Shown here: piece by piece, positions 9,921-20,540 of the stretch | Numbering within the stretch: position 1 is the stretch's first letter | Layout of the letters: each line of letters starts with the position of its first letter | Assembly (NCBI GenBank): GCA_046290465.1 | Contig: JBKAGP010000001.1 | Coordinates: 6,368,001 to 6,432,000 of the forward strand | Length of the DNA stretch: 64,000 nucleotides | Reading direction: 5' to 3' | From: Planctomycetota bacterium | GTDB lineage: Bacteria; Planctomycetota; UBA1135; UBA2386 | Made by a program: the position numbers and the translations under genes | The notes under the pieces: generated by a model | What the model saw: the letters and a program-made list of their open reading frames with translations, nothing else | Told to the model about the DNA's origin: nothing | Databases searched by the model: none

Positions 9921-12422
9921 ATGATCGGATCCGAACAGCACGGGGCAGACGCCCCGATCGCCCTCGCGGCGACGGATCCGCTCGGCGGCGTCGGAGCGCC
10001 GGTCGCTTCCCGCTACGGCTGGCGGCGCGCGTTCGTCACGCTGCTGCTGCTGGCGGCGGCGCTCGGCGCGTTCGTGCAGGTGCAGGCGCTGCACGACACC
10101 CAGCTGGTCGCCGCCGGCCGTCGCGTGCCGGCGCTGGGCTGGCTCGCGGGCGGCTGCGACTGGCTGCCGCTCGCCCTGATCGGCTTCGGGCTGGCGCGGC
10201 TGTGCATCTGGCAGCGCGGCACCCGCGAGGCGCTGCGCGTGCTCGCGGTGGTGGCGGTGTTCGCGCTGGCGACCGCGGCGGCGCTGCAGGGGACCGGCGA
10301 CGTGCTCCCGGGCGCGACCGCCTGCGTGCTCGGCGTCGCGCTCGGCCTGCACGTCGAGTCGACGCGCCGGGCCGGGTTGTCCGGCTGCCTCGCCGCCGCG
10401 ATCTGCGGCGCTGTGGCTGCGCTGGCCGTCGCCCAGCTGCCGCGCGCGCTCGACGGCGTCGCGGTGGCGCTGGGGCTGGTGCTGATGGCGCTGGTGCTCG
10501 ACGGCCCGCGTGTCGGCGCCCCGGGCGCCTTGCCGCGCGGCTGGTTCGGGCGGCTGTTGCTGTGGGCCCTGGTGGCCGGCCTGGTCGTCGCCGCCGGCGC
10601 GTGCGCGGACCGTTCGCAGGCGGCGCCGCTCGCCGGGCTCGGCGCGGCCGTGCTCGCGGCGGCGGCGTGCGGGCGGCTGGCGCTGGCGCTCGGCGCGGCC
10701 GCGGCGGCGTTCGTCACGATGTTCGTCGCGGCCCCGACGCTGCACGCCGACGCGACCGTGCTGGCCCGCAGTGGCGACGTCGCCGCGGTCTACCTGCGTT
10801 CGGACCAGCAGGTGCAGGTGCGGCTCGGCGCCGAGGTGCTGGCGGCCGCCGGCCCCGACCGCGACGAAGAACCGCTGCTGCTGGCGCTGCTGCACGCGTT
10901 CGTCGCCGAGGGCGACGTGGTCACGATGCTCGGCCGCGGCACCGGCCGGCTCGGGCCGGCGCTGCGCCGCGAGCAGCGCGGGGTCGTCGAGGTCCGCGAT
11001 CCGTGGCCCGACGTCGTGCCGCTGCTGCCGCGCGCCACCGCCGACGGGCCGGTGGCGCCGCCGACGGGAGCGCGCGATGCGTGCTCCCCGGGGCCGGCGT
11101 TCGCCCGGCCGCTCGCCGATCTTCCCGACGCCTCCCGGCAGCTGCTGTGCGTCTGCGAACTGCCGATCGCGGCGACCGCACACCGCGCCACGGTGACGTT
11201 CCAGCGGCAGCTGCGCCGCGTCGTCGGCGAGGGCCTGGTGCTGCAGCCGATCGCGCTCGACCGGGTCGCGCCGGCGCAGCTCGATGCGTTGCTGCGCGCA
11301 GCGGGCGCCGCCCACCGCTGGAACGGCGTCTACAAGGTCGGCGACGCGGCGGTGCTGGTCAGCGGCAGCCGGCACCCGTCTCTGCGCGGCGGCTTCGAGC
11401 GCTGGAGCGACGACGCGCGCTGGGCGCTGCACCGCGCCCACCTCGACGGTCCGGCCGACCTGCGGGCGGCGTTCGTCGGCACGCTGTGCGAACGTCCCGA
11501 CGGCGACGCCGGCCGCGACTCGGCGGGCCAGCTGCTGGCGCGCTCGCTCGACGTCGCGACCGAGCCGCCGCGCCCGGAAGGCCTGCTCGCCTTTTGGCAG
11601 CGCATGCACTCCGAGATGCTGCGGGCCAAGGGCCGCCTGCTGGTGCTCGCCGACGATCCCAGGGGACGTGGCGAAGCGGCGTCGATCGCCGCGCAGTTCG
11701 TGCCGATCGGCGCGCCGCGGCCATGGCTGCAGGCGGCGCTCGGCCTGCAGGGGCGCGACGGCGTCGCGCTGCGCGACCCGCGGCTGCAGAGCCGCTGCGC
11801 GCACGCGCTCGACCCGACGTTCTTCGGGTCGCCGCCGGCCGTGTTCGGCACGCTCGAGCGACCCGTGCAGGAGCTCGGCGACCTCGAGGACGAGCATCGC
11901 GTGCAGGTCTCCGAACGGCTGGCGCAGCGCTGCAGCGGCGAGAACCCGCTGGCCGTCGCGCTGCGCGCGCGCTTCCCGAGCCGCTGCGCGCGTTCGCTGG
12001 TGGCGGCGCTGGCGCGCGGGCCGCTGCCGACCGACCAGGCGCTGGCGTTGCGCGAACTCGCCGATCCGTTCGTGATCGACGAGGCGGCGCGGCTGCTGCT
12101 GCCGGCCGGCCGCTGGCCGGAGCTGCTGACCTACTGGCGCGCCGACCTGCCGCTGCCGACCGGCCTCCGCGAGGCCGCCGGCGCGGTCGATCGCGACGGC
12201 CGCAAGCGGCTCGCGATCGCGCTGCGCACGCACCTCGATCCGAGCTGCCACCAGCTGCTCGCCGACCTCTTGCTCGACGACGATCTCGACGTGCGCACGC
12301 TGGCCGCGGCCGCGTTGCACGGCGCGGTCGGCGAGCGCGTGCCGTTCGACGCGAAGTGGCCACGTTCCCGCCGAGAGGATGCGGCAAGTCGGCTGCGCGA
12401 TCTGCATAATCGCCGGCCATGA
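9921..12422 (+). CDS. Multi-pass membrane protein with degenerate spermidine-synthase-like domain and C-terminal helical (HEAT-like) region
   Basis: About ten hydrophobic N-terminal segments. VTMLGRGTG, EVRDPWPDVV and FQRQLRRVVGEGLVLQPI resemble the fused membrane/spermidine-synthase family. The stop overlaps the lpxD start (ATGA). Confidence 0.55.
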   Translation: MIGSEQHGADAPIALAATDPLGGVGAPVASRYGWRRAFVTLLLLAAALGAFVQVQALHDTQLVAAGRRVPALGWLAGGCDWLPLALIGFGLARLCIWQRGTREALRVLAVVAVFALATAAALQGTGDVLPGATACVLGVALGLHVESTRRAGLSGCLAAAICGAVAALAVAQLPRALDGVAVALGLVLMALVLDGPRVGAPGALPRGWFGRLLLWALVAGLVVAAGACADRSQAAPLAGLGAAVLAAAACGRLALALGAAAAAFVTMFVAAPTLHADATVLARSGDVAAVYLRSDQQVQVRLGAEVLAAAGPDRDEEPLLLALLHAFVAEGDVVTMLGRGTGRLGPALRREQRGVVEVRDPWPDVVPLLPRATADGPVAPPTGARDACSPGPAFARPLADLPDASRQLLCVCELPIAATAHRATVTFQRQLRRVVGEGLVLQPIALDRVAPAQLDALLRAAGAAHRWNGVYKVGDAAVLVSGSRHPSLRGGFERWSDDARWALHRAHLDGPADLRAAFVGTLCERPDGDAGRDSAGQLLARSLDVATEPPRPEGLLAFWQRMHSEMLRAKGRLLVLADDPRGRGEAASIAAQFVPIGAPRPWLQAALGLQGRDGVALRDPRLQSRCAHALDPTFFGSPPAVFGTLERPVQELGDLEDEHRVQVSERLAQRCSGENPLAVALRARFPSRCARSLVAALARGPLPTDQALALRELADPFVIDEAARLLLPAGRWPELLTYWRADLPLPTGLREAAGAVDRDGRKRLAIALRTHLDPSCHQLLADLLLDDDLDVRTLAAAALHGAVGERVPFDAKWPRSRREDAASRLRDLHNRRP

Positions 12423-13396
12423 CCGAAGTCTCAGTTGCCGCGTTGGTGGAGTTGGTTGGGGGTCGCCTGGTGGGCGACGGCACGCGTCGGATCGTCGGCC
12501 TCTGTGACCTCCGGCAGGCCGCGCCGGATCGGATCGGCTTCGTGCGCCACCCGCGCTACCAGGAGATGGCCCGCGACACCGCGGCCGGGGCGCTGCTGGC
12601 AGGCGACGAGTTCGAGACCGCGGCCAGCCTGATCGTCGTGGCCGACGTCGACGTCGCCTACGCCAAGGTTGCGATGCACTTCCATCCGCTGCCGCTGGCG
12701 CGCGAACACGACGTGCACCCGACCGCGTTCGTGCACCCAGAGGCCGAACTCCAGCCGCCGGTGCAGGTCGGCCCCAACGCCAGCGTCGGCCGCTGCCGGA
12801 TCGGTGCGGGCACCGCGATCAAGGCCGGCGCCTCGGTCGGCGACGGCGCGCAGCTCGGCCGCGATTGCCTGATCCACGCCAACGCCACCGTCGGCCACGA
12901 CTGCGTGCTCGGCGACCGCGTGATCCTGCAGCCCAACGCGGTGGTCGGCAGCGACGGCTTCGGCTACGCGCGCGAGGGCGCGACCTGGCACAAGGTGCCG
13001 CAGCTCGGCCACGTCGTCTGCGGCGACGACGTCGAGGTCGGCTCCAACTCGGCGGTCGACCGCGGCACGCTCGGCGTCACCACGATCGGCGCGCGCACCA
13101 AGCTCGACAACCTGGTGCACATCGCGCACAACTGCGCGATCGGCGAGGACGTCGTGATGGCCGCCGGCGCGATGGTCGCGGGCTCGACGACGCTCGGCGA
13201 CCGCTGCGTGCTGGCCGGCCAGGTCGGCGTCGCCGGCCACCTCAAGATCACCCACGACTGCCGCTTCGCCGGCGACACCGTGGTCCTCCGCGACGTGCCC
13301 GAACCGGGCGACTACATGGGCCACCCGATGATGACCAAGCGCCAGTATCTGCGCCTGATGCGCGACCAGCGGCGCAGCGTCGGCGACAAGGGCTAG
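12419..13396 (+). CDS. lpxD: UDP-3-O-(3-hydroxyacyl)glucosamine N-acyltransferase
   Basis: Hexapeptide repeats, VGSDGFGY, KVPQLG, VEVGSNSAVDRG, KLDNLVHIAHN, AGQVGVAGHL. Confidence 0.95.
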   Translation: MTEVSVAALVELVGGRLVGDGTRRIVGLCDLRQAAPDRIGFVRHPRYQEMARDTAAGALLAGDEFETAASLIVVADVDVAYAKVAMHFHPLPLAREHDVHPTAFVHPEAELQPPVQVGPNASVGRCRIGAGTAIKAGASVGDGAQLGRDCLIHANATVGHDCVLGDRVILQPNAVVGSDGFGYAREGATWHKVPQLGHVVCGDDVEVGSNSAVDRGTLGVTTIGARTKLDNLVHIAHNCAIGEDVVMAAGAMVAGSTTLGDRCVLAGQVGVAGHLKITHDCRFAGDTVVLRDVPEPGDYMGHPMMTKRQYLRLMRDQRRSVGDKG

Positions 13397-13478
13397 GAGC
13401 GCGTCCATGTAGTGGACGCGCTGCCAACCGGGATCGCGGAAGCGGCGTGTACGCCTCGGACGGGGCTTTGCCCGCTAG
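13393..13478 (+). repeat. Family A intergenic repeat (REP/MITE-like), copy 2
   Basis: Same CTAG-bounded unit and hairpin as 1901-1987. The first CTAG again supplies the TAG stop of the upstream gene. Confidence 0.85.
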
Positions 13479-13581
13479 TGGTCGTTGGTCCGATAGACGT
13501 GGCACGCTGCGCGGCCGTCGCCGCCGTCTGCCGGACGCACGACACCAGGCCCAGCGGGCGGGCGCCAAAGGGGCGTCGCGC

Positions 13582-14346
13582 CTACCTGGCCGCCGGCAGG
13601 TGCTCGAAGATCGCGCCGTCGAGCGGCGACCACAGCGGCTGGCGGACGCCGGCGGCGCGCAGCGCGCCGCTCGCCCAGTTGTTGCACGTGTGGAACAGGT
13701 GGTAGCTGCCGACGCCTTCGTAGAAGACGTCGCCCGGGGTGTAGCTGCGGCCCGCGATCAGGATCGGGTCGCCGTCGGCGTCGCGGGCGAAGCCGCGTTC
13801 GACGTAGGCGCAGAAGCGCTCGTACTCGTCGTCGCGCAGGTACAGGCGCCGGCACCGTTCGTCGGGGACCGGCAGGTACCAGTGGTAGTAGATGTGCATC
13901 ACCGACGGGGTCGGCAGCAACACGGCGGCGGCCGTGGTGCCGATGCTGAGGTCGTCCCAGGTCGGCGTGCCGAGGAAGAAGCCGCGGTCGCCCCAGCCGA
14001 TCAGCACGTGCGGCGCGCTGGCGTTGCCGACCGTCATGTCCTCGAGCGGCGCGAACTTCGTCCAGTCCTTCTTCGGGTGGCGCGCCGGCAGGTAGAAGTC
14101 GGTATGGATGCCGTTGGAGACGATCATCACCGGCACGCCTTCGTCGGCGGGGCGGTAGTCGTCGTGGACCGTGATGCTGCCGAACAGCCAGACGGCGCCG
14201 GCGTAGAGCAACACGAACGCGACCAGCGCCAGCAGCGCGAACAGCAGCCAGCGCAGCAGGCGGCGACGCCACGAACGGCGCTTCGGCGGCGCGGTCGCGC
14301 CGGCCGTCGGGACGGGATCGGTGGCGGCTGGCGCGTCCGTCGTCAC
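13582..14346 (-). CDS. TIGR02117/DUF2459-family membrane-anchored protein
   Basis: N-terminal TM, SNGIHTDFYLP, GWGDRGFFLGTPTWDDL, FYEGVGSYHLFHTCNNW. The GTG start overlaps the upstream TAG. Confidence 0.8.
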   Translation of the reverse strand: MTTDAPAATDPVPTAGATAPPKRRSWRRRLLRWLLFALLALVAFVLLYAGAVWLFGSITVHDDYRPADEGVPVMIVSNGIHTDFYLPARHPKKDWTKFAPLEDMTVGNASAPHVLIGWGDRGFFLGTPTWDDLSIGTTAAAVLLPTPSVMHIYYHWYLPVPDERCRRLYLRDDEYERFCAYVERGFARDADGDPILIAGRSYTPGDVFYEGVGSYHLFHTCNNWASGALRAAGVRQPLWSPLDGAIFEHLPAAR

Positions 14347-15410
14347 TACGGCCACCAGTCCGTCATGCGCGCCTGCACCGCAGCGGCGATCTCGTCGCGG
14401 GCACGGCGGTAGACCATCAGGTCGCCGCCGTAGGGATCGGCGATGTCGAGGCCGTCGGGACGCAGCAACTCGACGCGGTCGCCGACCTCGGGCGCTTCGG
14501 CCAGCAGCGCGCGGCGGTGGCTGTCGCCGAGGCAGTAGATCTTCTCGGCGCGGGTCCACAGCATCGGGTCGATCGGCTGGCTGAGGTGCGGGCCGAGATC
14601 GAGGCCGACCTCGGCGCCGGCCTCGAGGCTGCCGTCGCTGGCGGCCATGCCGGGCATCGTCGCGGTGCCGGCGCTCGCGAAGCGCAGGCCACGCGCCAGC
14701 ACGCGGTCCTCGGGCACGCCCATCGCCTTGGCCGTCAGCTGCCGTGCGAACGCCTCGGCGAGCGGCGAGCGGCAGGTGTTGCCGGTGCAGACGAACAGGA
14801 TCAGGTCGGCCGCGGTGTTGAGCACTTCGTCGCGCGACAGGATGCCCTCGCGCAGCACCTGCAGTTCGCCGGCGTCGGCCCGCACGATCGTCGACGCCGA
14901 GCCGATCGGCGACGGGCCGTCGTCGACCATCTGCGTCGCGTCGTCGCCGCAGGCGGCCGCGACCGCGTCGGGATCGACCAGCGCGGTGCCGTCGCGCGGG
15001 ATGCTGGTCAGCCACAGCGGCTCGCCGCAGGCGCGCACCACCGCGCGCGTGAACACGTGCGACGGCAGCCGCACGCCGACGCTGCCGCCGTCGCCGTCGG
15101 TTGCGACGATCAGCGTCAGCGGGCCGGGCCAGTAGCGTTCGATCAGGCGTTCGGCGCCGCGGTGCAGGCGCGCGCCGAGCTTGCGCACGTCGTCCGCGTC
15201 GGCGACGTGGAACGTCAGCGGCTGCGCCGGGTCGCGGCCACCGAAGCGGCGCAGGCGCTCGGCGGCGCCGTCGTGGCTCGGCAGCGCCGCGACGCCGTAG
15301 ACCGTCTCGGTCGGCAGCACGCACAGCTCACCGCGCTGCAGCGCGGCGACGACCTCGCTACGCAGCTTGTCGGGGTCGGCGTCTGCCAGCGACGTTCGTT
15401 GCAGGGGCAT
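14346..15410 (-). CDS. Fusion: TsaC/Sua5(YrdC)-like domain + low-molecular-weight protein (Arg/Tyr) phosphatase
   Basis: N-half PTETVYG, WPGPLT, VGVRLP, STIV. C-half P-loop CTGNTCRSPLAE, SAGT and DIADPYGG. Confidence 0.88.
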   Translation of the reverse strand: MPLQRTSLADADPDKLRSEVVAALQRGELCVLPTETVYGVAALPSHDGAAERLRRFGGRDPAQPLTFHVADADDVRKLGARLHRGAERLIERYWPGPLTLIVATDGDGGSVGVRLPSHVFTRAVVRACGEPLWLTSIPRDGTALVDPDAVAAACGDDATQMVDDGPSPIGSASTIVRADAGELQVLREGILSRDEVLNTAADLILFVCTGNTCRSPLAEAFARQLTAKAMGVPEDRVLARGLRFASAGTATMPGMAASDGSLEAGAEVGLDLGPHLSQPIDPMLWTRAEKIYCLGDSHRRALLAEAPEVGDRVELLRPDGLDIADPYGGDLMVYRRARDEIAAAVQARMTDWWP

Positions 15411-15497
15411 GCCGCGACCTTAGCCTGCACGCGCACCGACGGAAACCGTGGCCAAGGGGAGCAATCGCCGCAGCGACGTCCTATCCTGCTCGGCTCG

Positions 15498-16237
15498 ATG
15501 TCGAACCTGGAGCGCGAAGAACGGCTGTCCCGCATCCGGATGCAGCGGCTGGCGCAGCTCGGCACGCTGCTGGCGGGGTTCGCGCACGAGGTGCGCAACC
15601 CGTTGAGCACGATCGGCCTCAACCTGCAGCTGGTGCTCGAGGACTTCCGCGAGGCGGAGTCGACGCGCGACAAGCGCACGAGAAAGCGCCTGTCGACGGT
15701 CGAGGCCGAAGTGCGTCGGCTGCAGACGATCCTCGAGGAGTTCCTCAGCTACGCGCGCGCGCCCGAGCCCCGGCTCGCCGACGTCGACCTCAACCAGAAG
15801 CTGCAGGCGGTGGTGGACTTCCAGGAACCGGAGATCAAGGAGGCGGGGCTGTCGCTGCGCTTCTACCCCGGCAAGGACGTCGGCGCGGTCGCGTGCGACT
15901 GGGACCACGTGCAGGCCGCGGTCGGCAACCTGATCCGCAACGCCAAGGACGCGACGCCGGCCGGCGGCGAGATCCTGGTGTCGACGCTGCGCGACGGCGA
16001 GTTCGTCACGATCCGCGTCACCGACACCGGCGAAGGCATCCCCGAGGAGCAGGCCGCGCGCGTGCTCGAGCCGTACTTCAGCACCAAGAAGGGCGGCACC
16101 GGCCTCGGCCTGCCGACCGTTCGCCGCGTTGCCGAGGAGCACGGCGGCACGCTGTCGCTGCAGTCGGACCGCGGCAAGGGCACGCAGTTCATGTTGCGCC
16201 TGCCGATCCGCGGCGCCGAACCCACACGAGCCAAGGA

Positions 16238-16241
<4 letters not shown>
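15498..16241 (+). CDS. Histidine kinase (HisKA + HATPase, no sensor domain)
   Basis: H-box FAHEVRNPL, N-box NLIRNAKDA, G1 DTGEGI, F-box EPYFSTK, G2 GTGLGL. Confidence 0.92.
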
Positions 16242-17590
<1,349 letters not shown>

Positions 17591-17634
17591 GGCGTCGCCG
17601 CCCGCGCGGCCGCGGCAGTTGCTACAGTCCGGTC

Positions 17635-20364
17635 GTGCGAAGCCTGCTCGTGCTGCTGGTGGTGTCGGTGTTGGCCGCGGGTCTCGCCTGGCTCGCCTGC
17701 CTCGCCTGGGCGCCCGGCGACCCGGGACGGTCCGTTGCGCCCGCAGCCGGCGCGTCGCCCGCGAGCACCGAGCCCCCGGACGCAGGGCGCAACGAGATCG
17801 GTCCGGGGGCGGACCCACTCGCAGGCGATGCTCTGGATCGCGCTGCGGCTGTGCCGCGCACGGGGTTCCGGGTGCGGGTGGTCGTGCCCGACGGGGTCGG
17901 CACGCCGGTTCGGCTGCGAGCGTGGCGTCAGGATCGCCGCGCGCTCACCGAGGCGGCCGTGGCCGCGTTCGATTCGGACGGGCGGGCGCTGTTGGCCGTG
18001 CCCGAGGGCTCGTACCGGTTCAGCTTCGACGGGGGCGGCGTGGTGCGCGAAGCGCTGCGTCAGCGTTACGCCGTGCGCGACGGCGAACTGCGCGAACTGG
18101 CGCTGCGCGGGTGCGCGCCGGGCACGATCACCGGCCGCGTGCTCGACGCCGATGGCCGGCCCCTGCCGGACGTCGTCGTCGAGGTGCCGGAGTGGGATGC
18201 GGGCCGCGCCGACGGTGGCGATCCCTGGTGGCGCACGCAGTCGGACCTGTCCGGGCGGTTTGCGATCGGCGGCCTCGCCCCCGGTCATCAGTCGCTGTCG
18301 TTCCGACACCCGCGCCACGCCGCCCGCGATGGCCAGGGCGAGCTGTTGACGGCTGGGCTACGCACCGACATCGGCGACGTGCGCATGTCCAGAGGGCAGA
18401 CCCTGCGCGGCCGGGTTCTGGACGGCGACCGGAACGCCTTGCCCGATGCGACGGTGGCACTGCTCGGCACGAGGCGTTCGGTCGAGGTCGATGCCGCGGG
18501 TCGGTTCGAACTCGACCGGATGCCGACGCACGGCGAACTGCGCATCGTCTGCGAGGGGTTCCAGGACGCGGAGATCCAGATCGGTCCGGCCGATGGCTAC
18601 GACAGCGGGCGTCGATCGTGGCCGGACCTGTCCATACCCCTCGACGTCATGTTGTCGCCCAGCATGTGTGTTCGTGGAACGGTCTCCGGAGGCCACGGGG
18701 CCGCGAAGGTGGTCGTGCGCAACTACGCGCTGGGCACCTGCTGGCACACCGAGCCCGAGGTCGGCGTCGACGGCACGTTCGTCGCCGATCGGCTGCACGC
18801 CGGCCGCACCGAGATCCAGGCGCGCGTGCCGGGCGTCGGCTACTCGGATCTGGTGCGCCTCGACGTCGACGGACGCGACCACCAGGTCGAACTCGCGGTG
18901 CGGCCGACGCGCAGCCTGATCGTTGCGGTTCGCGATGATGCCGGAGCGCGGATCGCGGATGCTGCCGTGACGATCGACGGCTACAGCGAGAACCTCGTGT
19001 TTCCGTGCATCTTCGACAGCTTCTCCAACAAGGAGACCCGATCGACCGACGCACGGGGCGACGCGACGTTCGGCGGCGTCTTCGACGGACGGTGGAACGT
19101 GCAGGTGGTGGCGAAGGGGCACCTGCCGAAGAAGGTCGAGCTGCACCTGGGGCACCAGCTCGAGCGCACCGAGGTGCGCCTGCAGCGCGCTGGCCGCCTG
19201 CTGGTCGCGGTGCGCGGCCTGCCGCTGGAACGGGAGTCCGAGTTCTCCGTGTTCCACCGGCGGGGCGACGGCAGACCGGTCGAGCTGAGGCTGCGCGACG
19301 CGGCGTTCGGTGTCGACCTCGAGCCGGGTTCGTACGAGGTCTTCCTCGGGCCGCGCAGCTACCGCATGACGATGCTCGGGGACCGCGTGAGGTCCGCGCC
19401 GACGCGCACCGTGCAGCTGGCCGCGGGGGCGGCGCTGACCTGCGAGCTGGACTACCGCCCCGCGCCGCTCGTGCACGGCAGCCTGACGATACCAGCGTGG
19501 GTCGAAGGCCCGGTGGTGGTCTACGCGCTGTCGCCCGACGATTGGCAGGAGCGACGCCGGCATGCGCACTTCCTCGACTTCAACCTGGAGCTGTACGGGC
19601 GGCGCGCCGAGTGCGCGCGCGACGGCACGTTCTCGTTCGGGCTCGCCGAGCCCGGCACGTGGTTCTTCGCGGCGACGCTGCCGACGACGTCGATCCCGGT
19701 GCCGCTCGGCGCCCGCCAACTCGAGGGGGAAGCCCACGTGCCGTTCGACCTGCCGCGCGGCGTGTTGCGCGGGCACCTCGACCCGGGCTTCCGGCGCGCC
19801 GACGGCTCGTGGCCGAAGGTCCTCCTGGAGCCCGCGTTCCTGGCCAGGCACAACCCGTTCTTCCGGCTGGCGGACGTCGGCACGGCCACGCACCTGCAGA
19901 TGTTCGGGCGCCGACCGGCGGCGGACGGTTCGTTCGTCATCGGCCCGCTCGCGCCGGGGACCTGGACGATGACGATCCGTGAGCGGCGCCGTCCGGTGTT
20001 CGTGCGCGGGTTCGACGTCGCGGCAGCGCCGATCGAACTCGGCCTGGTCGCGAGGCCTGCAGCCGGGCCGCTGACGGTTGCGGTCGAGAACCCGGTGTCG
20101 GGCCGTCAGGCCGTGCTGCGGGCGGCCGGTTCTTCGGCCGGGAGCGGAGCGTTCCTGGTGCGGGCGAGCGACACGGATGGGGCGCTGCGGTTCGGGGACC
20201 TGCCGTTCGGCGATTACGAACTCGATCTCCGTGAGCACCTCGGCCTCGATGGCGTGCCCGTCACGGAGGTCCTGTTCGGCCGGGAGACGGCGCCTCTGGG
20301 AGTTGCGATCCGGCATCGACCCGCGGGTGTCGAGCCGGCGTCGGTGCGGTATCCGGGACGGTAG
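17635..20364 (+). CDS. Large exported protein with repeated carboxypeptidase-regulatory-like (beta-sandwich) domains
   Basis: N-terminal hydrophobic anchor, repeated GRVLDADGRPL/GRVLDGDRNAL and DxxGRFxIxGLxPG-type motifs. Confidence 0.7.
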   Translation: MRSLLVLLVVSVLAAGLAWLACLAWAPGDPGRSVAPAAGASPASTEPPDAGRNEIGPGADPLAGDALDRAAAVPRTGFRVRVVVPDGVGTPVRLRAWRQDRRALTEAAVAAFDSDGRALLAVPEGSYRFSFDGGGVVREALRQRYAVRDGELRELALRGCAPGTITGRVLDADGRPLPDVVVEVPEWDAGRADGGDPWWRTQSDLSGRFAIGGLAPGHQSLSFRHPRHAARDGQGELLTAGLRTDIGDVRMSRGQTLRGRVLDGDRNALPDATVALLGTRRSVEVDAAGRFELDRMPTHGELRIVCEGFQDAEIQIGPADGYDSGRRSWPDLSIPLDVMLSPSMCVRGTVSGGHGAAKVVVRNYALGTCWHTEPEVGVDGTFVADRLHAGRTEIQARVPGVGYSDLVRLDVDGRDHQVELAVRPTRSLIVAVRDDAGARIADAAVTIDGYSENLVFPCIFDSFSNKETRSTDARGDATFGGVFDGRWNVQVVAKGHLPKKVELHLGHQLERTEVRLQRAGRLLVAVRGLPLERESEFSVFHRRGDGRPVELRLRDAAFGVDLEPGSYEVFLGPRSYRMTMLGDRVRSAPTRTVQLAAGAALTCELDYRPAPLVHGSLTIPAWVEGPVVVYALSPDDWQERRRHAHFLDFNLELYGRRAECARDGTFSFGLAEPGTWFFAATLPTTSIPVPLGARQLEGEAHVPFDLPRGVLRGHLDPGFRRADGSWPKVLLEPAFLARHNPFFRLADVGTATHLQMFGRRPAADGSFVIGPLAPGTWTMTIRERRRPVFVRGFDVAAAPIELGLVARPAAGPLTVAVENPVSGRQAVLRAAGSSAGSGAFLVRASDTDGALRFGDLPFGDYELDLREHLGLDGVPVTEVLFGRETAPLGVAIRHRPAGVEPASVRYPGR

Positions 20365-20540
20365 CCGACGAAGGACCTCCGGCTCCGTGCGCGCGCCATC
20401 GCCTTTTGCGAGCGCGCGCCGTATCGCGAGGTCTAGCCGTGCGAGCCGAAGCTCGAACTTTCTGAAGCACGCGGCAGCAGGCGGGCATGGAAGGGGCGCG
20501 GCGCGAATGGGCGCAGCGCTTCTTGAACTCGCTTCTTCCG

